Origin: Flavobacteriaceae bacterium
GTDB taxonomy: Bacteria; Bacteroidota; Bacteroidia; Flavobacteriales; Flavobacteriaceae
Direction: 5' to 3'
Assembly: GCA_965224465.1 (NCBI GenBank)
Contig: OZ245049.1
Coordinates: 4,230,001-4,262,000, forward strand
DNA: 32,000 nt
The notes under the pieces were generated by a model. That model had not been told where the DNA came from. It did not search any database and worked only from the letters and a program-made list of their open reading frames with translations. Within the stretch, counting starts at the first letter, position 1; every line of letters starts with the position of its first letter. Made by a program: the position numbers and the translations under genes. This document shows, piece after piece, positions 1 to 7,497 of this stretch.

Positions 1-779
1 TCCACTTCTGTGAGTCCGTGTACTTCCTTATAAAAAAGAGGCATGGTTGTAAATAATTGAAAAAACACAAAACCCATTAAAAACATAATAGCTAAAAATA
101 TCCAATAAGGTTTGTCTTTGTATATAGAAATGGTTTTGTTTTTTTGAAACTCTTCTTTTGTTGTTTCTTTAATCTCTGGTGTGTTTATCTTTTTTTCTTT
201 TAAAACTGTTTTAAATACTAAAATTGCCGAAATACAGGTGAGTCCATCTATCCAAAATAATCCTTTGTAACTTAAGAAAGATATAATAATCCCTCCTAAG
301 AAAGGACCCAGTGAAAATCCTAAATTAATGGCCAAGCGGACTAATGTTAATGATCTAGTTTGGTTTTTAGGTTTACTGTACGCCTTAAGAGAGACATACA
401 TGGCAGGTCTAAATGTGTCTGCTATGGTCATAGTGATAAATATCCCAATACTAAATTCAGTAAAAGTACTCGCAAATTGTAAGCCTAAAAAACAAAGTCC
501 CGTTAAGAGTAAACTCCAAACCATTACTTTGTAAAATCCAAATTTATCTGTAAGTTTTCCGCCAAGCCATGAGCCCGCAAGAGAACCAAGTCCAAAGACA
601 CTCATTATCCAACCTACATTACTTAAAGAAAAATTTAAGTAGTCTGTTAGGTAGAGTGATAAAAAGGGTAAAACCATGGTGCCAGCCCTATTGATAAATG
701 TTACAAGTGCAAGCCACCAAATATCGTTTGATAGCCCAGAAAATGATGCTTTATAGTTTGTTAATAGTTTTCTTACCAT
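1..779 (-). CDS. MFS transporter, N-terminal ~259 codons (C-terminus lies beyond the window start)
   Basis: Absent from the ORF track because it has no stop in the window. Manual translation from ATG at 779 stays open to position 1: MVRKLLTNYKASFSGLSNDIWWLALVTFINRAGTMVLPFLSLYLT...SWLGGKLTDKFGFYK...QLFTTMPLFYKEVHGLTEV. It has successive hydrophobic TM segments and an MFS motif-A-like G-x-L-x-D-K-x-G loop. Confidence 0.75.
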   Translation of the reverse strand, partial: MVRKLLTNYKASFSGLSNDIWWLALVTFINRAGTMVLPFLSLYLTDYLNFSLSNVGWIMSVFGLGSLAGSWLGGKLTDKFGFYKVMVWSLLLTGLCFLGLQFASTFTEFSIGIFITMTIADTFRPAMYVSLKAYSKPKNQTRSLTLVRLAINLGFSLGPFLGGIIISFLSYKGLFWIDGLTCISAILVFKTVLKEKKINTPEIKETTKEEFQKNKTISIYKDKPYWIFLAIMFLMGFVFFQLFTTMPLFYKEVHGLTEV

Positions 780-793
780 AGTATAAAAATAAA

Positions 794-816
794 AAACCCG
801 GCGATGTGCCGGGTTT
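794..816 (-). terminator. Intrinsic-terminator-like hairpin 14 nt upstream of the MFS start codon (terminator of an upstream minus-strand transcript, or an attenuator)
   Basis: Stem CCCGGC (797-802) / GCCGGG (808-813) with a 5-nt loop. On the minus strand it is followed by TTTTTTATTTTTA. Confidence 0.5.
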
Positions 817-1515
817 AAATTGTTTTGAAATATTGTATATAAGTACTATCCATTCATGTCAATTTTTCCGGGGGTTCAGTGGAACCACGCGCGTATACTT
901 TTTGATATGTGAATAATAGATGTTCATTTATAAGCTGTTTGAAAATCAAAACTACATTATTTTTTAATTTCTTCGTTCTTTTATTTGTTATATTTGAATG
1001 CTGTATTTGTGATAGTAGGTTTTAACCTTCTTTTTTGCTTATAGATTGTACATAAAAAATAAAAACAATAAAAAAGAGAAGGCTTTTAAGTGATGCGTTT
1101 ACCCTACTTATAGTTGGGTCTTGGACTGCTTAGTATGCGTTTTAGTGATTTTAAGTGGGATGTTATCTAGAAATCAGTATTTTAGTTTTCGGAAGTAGAT
1201 GGCTTTGGATTTAGTTCCCAGAGGCACTTCCCTAAAATAGAACATCGTTTTCCTGAAGTATACCTCGTGTCTTTGCGGCGAGACTATTGATTTACAAACG
1301 AGAAATTCACTGATATTTTAAGGTGAAATAAAGAAATAATTGGGTGCTTATTTCTGTGAGAGAACATTATGAAATTGTGCATGAATTGCTATATTGTAAA
1401 GGCTAAAAAAAAACTATTTATGCGTTTTTTTTAAAGGTAATTTTAATAGCAAACGTATCAAATTATTTAAACAAAACCAATGAATTACAAATTGTTTGTC
1501 CATCGGTTATTAATG

Positions 1516-1670
1516 CCAAATACATTTTCAAGTGACGGTTTAGAAATGGGATTAGTTTTTGTTTTAGCTAAGCGATAATTCTAAGGATAGCCTTAGTTAT
1601 CGTTCTGTTTTTTAACAACGCTAGAACGTGAAATTAACTATTTATATCGGTTATTTTGGATTGTAATTGG
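1516..1670 (-). repeat. MITE-like intergenic repeat, copy A (full length, inverted relative to the other copies)
   Basis: The reverse complement reads CCAATTACAATCCAAAATAACCGATATAAATAG...TAGCTAAAACAAAAACTAATCCCATTTCTAAACCGTCACTTGAAAATGTATTTGG. This is collinear with the copies at 7498-7649 and 12897-13009. Confidence 0.8.
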
Positions 1671-1748
1671 TGTAAAACAGTTAGTAGCAACAAATAAAAG
1701 CGCATCCATATAGTAAAGTAGATTCCTTTAATTTTTAATATTATAAAG

Positions 1749-2384
1749 ATGAATATGAACAAAATTATAATACTTTTTCTACTCGCAAGTCTTGCAAGTT
1801 GTAATGCTCAAAAGAACGATTTTATAAAAGAAGTAGAGCAGTTCCAATATAAATTGAATGTGCAATATTCTGATGTAGACGATTCTCCTTTGACTCCAAA
1901 AGATATGAAGTCTTTTAAAAGTTTGGTCTTTTTTGAAATAAATAAGAATTTTAAAGTGATTGCAGATTTTAAAGAAACTCCAGATACCGATATTTTTGAA
2001 ATGCCTACGACCACCAATCGCAAACCGTTGTATCGGAAATATGGTATTGCAACGTTTGAAATACAAGGGGAAAAGCTGCAATTAAATTTGTATCAGAATC
2101 AACAATTTATAAGTTCAGTTGAATACGGGGATTCATTATTTTTACCCTATACTGATTTGACCAATGGTATTTCGACCTATGGTGGTGGACGTTATATTGA
2201 TGTAAAAATCCCCCCTGCTGATGCGACAACCATAGTGATCGATTTTAATCAATCATACAATCCTTATTGTGCATACAATATGAATTATTCTTGTCCTGTT
2301 GTTCCTTCTGAAAATAATTTAGAGTTAAAGATAAAAGCGGGAGTAAAACGATTGCTGAATTCAAGTCACAAACGCAACTTTTAG
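1749..2384 (+). CDS. DUF1684 domain lipoprotein; the last ~10 codons and the stop are supplied by the inserted IS30 element
   Basis: Lipoprotein signal MNMNKIIILFLLASLASC. DUF1684-type C-terminal signature STYGGGRYIDV...IDFNQSYNPYCAYN..YSCPVVPSENNLELKIKAG. The reading frame enters the IS left inverted repeat at 2354. Confidence 0.8.
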   Translation: MNMNKIIILFLLASLASCNAQKNDFIKEVEQFQYKLNVQYSDVDDSPLTPKDMKSFKSLVFFEINKNFKVIADFKETPDTDIFEMPTTTNRKPLYRKYGIATFEIQGEKLQLNLYQNQQFISSVEYGDSLFLPYTDLTNGISTYGGGRYIDVKIPPADATTIVIDFNQSYNPYCAYNMNYSCPVVPSENNLELKIKAGVKRLLNSSHKRNF

Positions 2385-3478
2385 TTAAATAATAATTGTT
2401 CCATTACAAATATAGGGTTTTGATATTTATGTCTCTTCCTAGGTCTGTTATTTAATTTTGTTTCTACCTCTTTGATTCTTTGATCTGTTAGGTTTGTAAA
2501 GTCACTTCCTTTGGCAAAATATTGTCTAATCAAACCATTTAAATTTTCGTTAGATCCTCTTTCCCAAGAGTGATATGGATGCGCAAAAAAGTAATCAATA
2601 CATAAATTTTCTGCAACCTGCTCATGGCCTGCAAATTCTTTTCCATTATCAGCTGTTATAGTATGTAGATAAGGCTTCCAGTCTTCTAATATTTCATTGA
2701 TAGCTTTAGTGACAACAACTGCTTCTTTAGAGCTTACTTTTTTCATTTTAAGCATTCCAGAAGCTCTATCATTTACGGTAAGTATGGCTTGATTATGGTT
2801 TTTACCTATGATTAAATCGACCTCTAAATCTCCAAATCGATTTCTTTGTTCAACAACTTCAGGGCGTTGTTCTATACTAATACGATTCTTTATAACCCCT
2901 CTAGAATCCTTTGATGAGCCACGTTTTCTATATCTCCTTCCCTGTCTGCGAAGGTGTGTATGTAAATCACCATCATTCCTCTTGTCTTCCCTAATATGCT
3001 GATATATACGCTCAATAGACACCGTTTCTTTACCTTGTTTTTTTAGGACACCAACTACTTGCTCAGGACTATAATCGTCTCGCAATAACAACTCTATTGC
3101 TTGTTGAATATCTTCTGTAAAGCGTTTTCTTTTAGGCTTTTCTTTATGACGTTTAGCATACTTTTTTTGGGCTAATTCATGCTTGTAAACTCCATTTCTT
3201 TTGTCTGAATTACGCTTAATCTCTTTGCTAATAACAGACTTGTCTTTTCCTATAGCAGCTGCTATCTCAACCTGTTTATAACCTTGTTTTAACATGCAAC
3301 AAATTGTGTATCTTTGCGCTTGGGTGATGTGTTTCATACAACTTCTTTTTTCGAGATTTGAGACCGTAAGATACATATCCATCAAGACAAGAAAGGTAGG
3401 TTTTCCTACTTTTCTGTTTTGAAAATATAACCATCATAGAATCAAATCGAAAAGTTGCGTTTATTAGTTGAATTTAAG
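2354..3478 (-). mobile_element. IS30-family insertion sequence (~1125 bp)
   Basis: It contains a single IS30-type transposase ORF. The terminal inverted repeats GCTGAATTCAAGTCACAAACGCAACTTTT (2354-2382) and the reverse complement of 3450-3478 (CTTAAATTCAACTAATAAACGCAACTTTT) match at 23/29 positions without gaps. ATT flanks both sides (2351-2353 and 3479-3481), a possible 3-bp target duplication. Confidence 0.8.
2381..3337 (-). CDS. IS30 family transposase
   Basis: N-terminal HTH region MKHITQAQRYTICCMLKQGYKQVEIAAAIGKDKSVISKEIKRNS, then a DDE core (..DLEVDLIIG.., ..TITADNGKEF.., ..WERGSNENLNGLIRQYF). The ORF track start at 3385 adds 16 residues; the MKHITQ start at 3337 fits the family better. 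Confidence 0.9.
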   Translation of the reverse strand: MKHITQAQRYTICCMLKQGYKQVEIAAAIGKDKSVISKEIKRNSDKRNGVYKHELAQKKYAKRHKEKPKRKRFTEDIQQAIELLLRDDYSPEQVVGVLKKQGKETVSIERIYQHIREDKRNDGDLHTHLRRQGRRYRKRGSSKDSRGVIKNRISIEQRPEVVEQRNRFGDLEVDLIIGKNHNQAILTVNDRASGMLKMKKVSSKEAVVVTKAINEILEDWKPYLHTITADNGKEFAGHEQVAENLCIDYFFAHPYHSWERGSNENLNGLIRQYFAKGSDFTNLTDQRIKEVETKLNNRPRKRHKYQNPIFVMEQLLFN

Positions 3479-3589
3479 ATTTAAAGCGCATGAGTAAATT
3501 GTTTTTTAGGTAGTTTTATGCTTGATTTGTGTTTGATGTTAATTTTTAAGAATTATGACCCCATGTGTCCCCTGTAAAAGAATAAGCTT

Positions 3590-4333
3590 ATGAAAAAATA
3601 TTTTGAAAAACAGTTTGAGTTGCGCTATTTCGAAATGAATGAATTTGGAGAAGCGTCTGCTACAACTATGCTAATGCTGCTGGAAGAGACAGCTGCAGAT
3701 CATTGTTATTCAATTGGATATGGTTTATATGATTTGATAGCTCAAAATGTAGGGTGGGTTTTGTTGTCCGGGGTAATGCAGATGGATCGCTATCCTAAAT
3801 ACAAAGAAAAAATTACAATTAAAACATGGCTGTCTTCCTATTCTATGATCAAAGGATTTCGAGAGAATATAATCTATGATGAACAAGGACTTGTAATTGG
3901 TAGGTCTAGAGGATTGTGGGTGTTTTTTGATATTCAAAAACGAAGACCTATTCGGATTTTTGATGCTATTAAACAGGCTTGGTCTAGTGATAGTACTTTG
4001 AGTATTGAACATAGTATTTCTGGAAAAATAGAAGTATTGGATATAGCTACCTTTTCTAAAAATTTTAAAGTGAATCGTTTTGATACCGATATGAACGAGC
4101 ATGTAAATAATATCCGTTATTTACAATGGTTGATGGAGTCGCTGCCAAAGGAGATTGTAGATCATTATTATTTAGTAAAAATTGAAGGGCGTTTTATTAC
4201 GGAGGCACTATTTGATGATACTATTATTTCTTTGACAAAAGGAGATGTAGCGCATTCATTTATTCATAGTATTAAAATAGAAGGGAGTAGTAAAGTATGT
4301 GCTACCGCTCAAACCTTTTGGAAGAAAAGATGA
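3590..4333 (+). CDS. Acyl-[acyl-carrier-protein] thioesterase (double hot-dog, FatA/B-like)
   Basis: 247 aa with family-typical segments NVGWVLLSGVMQMDRYPKYKEKITIKTW and FDTDMNEHVNNIRYLQW. Confidence 0.8.
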   Translation: MKKYFEKQFELRYFEMNEFGEASATTMLMLLEETAADHCYSIGYGLYDLIAQNVGWVLLSGVMQMDRYPKYKEKITIKTWLSSYSMIKGFRENIIYDEQGLVIGRSRGLWVFFDIQKRRPIRIFDAIKQAWSSDSTLSIEHSISGKIEVLDIATFSKNFKVNRFDTDMNEHVNNIRYLQWLMESLPKEIVDHYYLVKIEGRFITEALFDDTIISLTKGDVAHSFIHSIKIEGSSKVCATAQTFWKKR

Positions 4334-4357
4334 TGTGAGATTGTTTTTTTAAAAAAC

Positions 4358-4398
4358 TAAAAAGGTCTTGTTGCAAAATACGGTAACGCAACCTTTTT
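4358..4398. terminator. Possible bidirectional terminator between the convergent thioesterase and porin genes
   Basis: AAAAAGG..GTTGC / GCAACCTTTTT is an imperfect hairpin with a bulge and a long loop. An A-run and a T-run flank it. Confidence 0.35.
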
Positions 4399-4411
4399 AG
4401 TTGCCTATGTT

Positions 4412-5092
4412 TTATAATGAAAGCACAAAAACGAAATAGGCATCACTCGTATCTGGGTTGAAAACAATACGAGCAGTTGTGTTTATTGAAAACGCAGTGG
4501 TTATTGCAATGTTTTTGCTCGCGGATAGTCCAAAATTCATGAGCTTAAAATTTTTATTTCGGGTGTATTGTTCGTTTCCTGCTCCTGTAAAAACAGTTAA
4601 GTCTATGTTTTTTATTTTGAAAGGAAGTCCTAATTCTGTGTATATAGAATGCTTATCATCATTGTAGATGTTAGCACCAGCTTTTATTGTTATCGGAAGT
4701 TTATCTGTATTGTCGTAACCAATCATAATTTCTCCGATATGAGATTTTATTTGAAAGTACTTGTCTGTTAAGCCATCAACAGGAAATGAATAATCTGTAA
4801 AATCGATGCTAAAATCACCGAAGGCATAACTTGCGTAGATGTCAAATTCTTGCCCGATTACCTGTCCTCCAGTTTCGTAAGAAGCCCAAGCTCCTAAGGT
4901 GAGGTTTCTATAGCTAAATTCGATGTATGGTTGGATGGCTGGAGAATCCGAGAATTCAAGCCCTCTCCATACATATCTACTGGCTAGATCTGCTCCAAAA
5001 TCAACAGTAACTTTGGTGGATTCCTGAGCAAAATTACTAGTAAACATAAAGGTGATAAGAACAAGAGATGCATAGTATTTGTAAGTTTTCAT
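4412..5092 (-). CDS. Putative outer-membrane beta-barrel (porin-like) protein downstream of amtB
   Basis: Signal peptide MKTYKYYASLVLITFMFTSNFAQ, alternating beta-strand pattern, an ASRYVWRGLEF motif and a C-terminal aromatic-rich strand. It is co-directional with the P-II and amtB genes. Confidence 0.6.
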   Translation of the reverse strand: MKTYKYYASLVLITFMFTSNFAQESTKVTVDFGADLASRYVWRGLEFSDSPAIQPYIEFSYRNLTLGAWASYETGGQVIGQEFDIYASYAFGDFSIDFTDYSFPVDGLTDKYFQIKSHIGEIMIGYDNTDKLPITIKAGANIYNDDKHSIYTELGLPFKIKNIDLTVFTGAGNEQYTRNKNFKLMNFGLSASKNIAITTAFSINTTARIVFNPDTSDAYFVFVLSL

Positions 5093-5173
5093 TGTTTTTG
5101 ATATTTATGGATGTTATACGTAGGATGTGCTTGAGTTGCCTTTAGTTTTGAATTGCTTGCTTAGCTAGTTATG

Positions 5174-5243
5174 CCAATTACAATCCAAAATAACCGATAT
5201 AAGTAGTTTTTTTTTTTCGTTCTAGCATTGTTAAAAAATAGAA
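5174..5243 (+). repeat. MITE-like repeat, copy B (head half only)
   Basis: CCAATTACAATCCAAAATAACCGATATAAGTAG..CGTTCTAGCATTGTTAAAAAATAGAA matches the head of copy A nearly base for base. The tail module is absent. Confidence 0.7.
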
Positions 5244-5265
5244 GGGTAAGCTTAACTACCCCTCT
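5233..5265 (-). terminator. Candidate intrinsic terminator downstream of amtB
   Basis: Stem AGAAGGGTA (5240-5248) / TACCCCTCT (5257-5265) with one mismatch. On the minus strand it is followed by a T-run (plus-strand AAAAAA at 5233-5238). Confidence 0.4.
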
Positions 5266-5331
5266 GTTTTGTAAATAAATAACAACGGTAAAAACTTGAT
5301 TTTACAGAGGTCAGTTGAAATTGTATTGTTG

Positions 5332-6615
5332 CTAATGTTGGTTTAAACGGAAGTCTGGATACGCGTCCATTCCATGTTCATGAATATCTAAGCCTTCTAA
5401 TTCCTCTTGTTTAGAAACCCGGAGTCCTAAGGTTTTTTTGATTGTAAATAACAGGATAAAAGAAGTTAATAAGCAAAATATACCAACGGCTATAATTCCA
5501 ATAGCTTGGTATCCTAGCTGTTCCCAACTCGCCATTTTTCCAAATATTCCAACAGCAAGTGTCCCCCATATTCCGCAGAAGAGATGTACTGGGATTGCTC
5601 CTACAGGATCGTCTAATTTTAGCCTGTCTAGAAATGCAATTCCAAATACGATGATGGCTCCTGCAATGGATCCAATAACAACGGCGTTGCTAATTCCCAT
5701 TTGGTCCGCACCAGCAGTAATTCCGACAAGTCCTCCTAAAATACCGTTTAAGAACATGGATAAATCGTAGGTTTTGTATTTTATAAACGAAATCATAAAT
5801 GCTGTTAATCCTCCAGCTGCTGCGGATAAACAGGTGGTTACTAAAACGAGAGAAGTGGCTCCAGGGTCTGCAGATAAAACGGATCCTCCGTTAAATCCAA
5901 ACCATCCTAACCATAAAATTAAAACACCTGCTGTGGCTAATGGAATATTATGACCTGGGAGTACGCCTATTTTTCCGTTTTTCTTGAACTTTCCTATTCT
6001 TGAACCTAGCAACCATATAGCTATCAATGCAGCCCATCCTCCTACAGAATGTACGAGTGTAGATCCTGCAAAATCATAAAAACCAGCTTCTTTGATGGTT
6101 TCTCCGAGTCCGTTTACTTGGTTTCCTAGACTTGATAAAAAACCTCCTCCCCATTGCCAGGAGCCTGCTATAGGATAGACAAGTCCTACATAAAATATAG
6201 TAAATAACATAAAACTGCCAAGTTTAATACGTTCTGCAACAGCTCCTGAAACGATTGTTGCTGCTGTGGCTGCAAACATTCCTTGGAATAGAAAATCGGT
6301 GTAATAGGTGTATCCCGCGTCTGCATAAGCAGCAGTGAGCCCATTTTCTGGTAGGGATAAACCAAATAGTTTACTAAAATAGTCGGGCATAACTCCTCCT
6401 ATAAAACTTCCAGGATACATAAGGTTGAATCCTATGAGTGCGTATAATATAAGTCCGATAGAAATGATAAATACATTTTTAAATAAGATGTTGATAGCGT
6501 TTTTTTGGCGCGTAAATCCAATTTCTACAAGTGAAAATCCTAGATGCATAAAAAATACCAATGCCGTGCAGAGCATCATCCATACATTGTTTATTGTGAG
6601 TAGTGTGTTTTCCAT
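5332..6615 (-). CDS. amtB: Ammonium transporter (Amt family)
   Basis: 427 aa polytopic membrane protein with Amt signatures: DFAGSTLVHSVGGWAAL, GFNGGS, PVHLFCGIWGTLAVG. Confidence 0.92.
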   Translation of the reverse strand: MENTLLTINNVWMMLCTALVFFMHLGFSLVEIGFTRQKNAINILFKNVFIISIGLILYALIGFNLMYPGSFIGGVMPDYFSKLFGLSLPENGLTAAYADAGYTYYTDFLFQGMFAATAATIVSGAVAERIKLGSFMLFTIFYVGLVYPIAGSWQWGGGFLSSLGNQVNGLGETIKEAGFYDFAGSTLVHSVGGWAALIAIWLLGSRIGKFKKNGKIGVLPGHNIPLATAGVLILWLGWFGFNGGSVLSADPGATSLVLVTTCLSAAAGGLTAFMISFIKYKTYDLSMFLNGILGGLVGITAGADQMGISNAVVIGSIAGAIIVFGIAFLDRLKLDDPVGAIPVHLFCGIWGTLAVGIFGKMASWEQLGYQAIGIIAVGIFCLLTSFILLFTIKKTLGLRVSKQEELEGLDIHEHGMDAYPDFRLNQH

Positions 6616-6652
6616 AGTTCGTTTTTTTTTAGTTGTTAGTGAGTGGCTAGGG

Positions 6653-6991
6653 TTATTTTAAGGAGTCTGATCCAGTTTCTTTGGTTCTGATTCTGAACGT
6701 TTCTTCAATGTTTGAAACAAAAATTTTACCATCTCCTACATTTCCCGTATAGGCTACTTCTAAAAGTGTTTGGATTGTTTTTTCGTAAAAAGGCTCTGTA
6801 ACTACAATTGATAAATAGCGTCGCTGTATGTCTGTAGTGCAGTAACTTACTCCTCGGTACACATGTCCTTGTTGTTCGTTTCCAACGCCTGTAACATCCC
6901 AATAGCTGAAAAAATTGACGCCAATTGTGTGTAGTGCTTCTTTTACTTCTTCAAATTTTGATTCCCTAATGATCGCTTCAATTTTTTTCAT
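6653..6991 (-). CDS. glnK: P-II family nitrogen regulatory protein, immediately upstream of amtB
   Basis: 112 aa, MKKIEAIIRESKFEEVKEAL... with a T-loop-like GNEQQGHVYRGVSY and C-terminal GDGKIFVSNIEETFRIRT. The symbol is assigned only from the linkage to amtB. Confidence 0.85.
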   Translation of the reverse strand: MKKIEAIIRESKFEEVKEALHTIGVNFFSYWDVTGVGNEQQGHVYRGVSYCTTDIQRRYLSIVVTEPFYEKTIQTLLEVAYTGNVGDGKIFVSNIEETFRIRTKETGSDSLK

Positions 6992-7117
6992 ACCCCTTTA
7001 TTTTTACAGGTTAATTTCTTTAAACATATGATATATAAGAGTTAACCCCTAATTTTTACAAGGGTATTACTTAAATTTTATGATATTTATTATTTATACC
7101 CCTATTTTTTGAAGGGT
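6992..7117 (-). promoter_or_regulatory. Cluster of three ACCCCT-N8-10-A(A)GGGT repeats directly upstream of the P-II gene (a fourth is at 7291-7312); candidate operator sites
   Basis: ACCCCTTTATTTTTACAGGT (6992-7011), ACCCCTAATTTTTACAAGGGT (7045-7065), ACCCCTATTTTTTGAAGGGT (7098-7117). Confidence 0.3.
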
Positions 7118-7324
7118 AAAGAATCGGTTTATGTGTTTTTTTTGAGATAATTGAATCAAAAAAAAGGGGGTTGATGAAAAAAGGATGCTATTTTTTGGTT
7201 ATTTGGGAAGGAGAATGTTTTTTTTGAAGGTGATTTTCGGGGATAGTTGTGTTTTTATAAAAAAGAAAAATTGCCTATGTTTGATTTTATACACCCTTTA
7301 TTTTTGTAAAGTCATATTATTATG

Positions 7325-7397
7325 CCAATTACAATCCCAAATGGCTGATATAAATAGTTTATTCTACGTTATAGTGTTGTCACTTGGAAATGTATTG
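7325..7397 (+). repeat. MITE-like repeat, copy C (73-bp internally deleted derivative: head fused to tail)
   Basis: CCAATTACAATCCCAAATGGCTGATATAAATAGTTTATTCTACGTT..GTCACTTGGAAATGTATTG. Confidence 0.7.
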
Positions 7398-7497
7398 CAG
7401 ATGCATTTCTTAAGAACTGTTTACGTCAGTTATTTGAAGATGCTTTTAGTAATGCTACTGTTTATGAGTTTTGAAGGAGGATATTGCTTGTATTATA

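Noticed and set aside
328-534. 68-aa plus-strand ORF
   Set aside because: It lies entirely antisense within the MFS transporter reading frame (1-779, minus strand), which has clear family features. No independent support.
3338-3385. Longer N-termini offered by the ORF track for the transposase (3385), udk (17491), trpG (23059) and the dipeptidase (28834)
   Set aside because: In each case an internal Met restores the canonical family N-terminus (MKHITQAQRY, MLIIGIAGG, MKILILDNYDSF, and signal peptide MKSIYLN). The extensions look like upstream read-through. Start choice remains unverified without homolog alignment.
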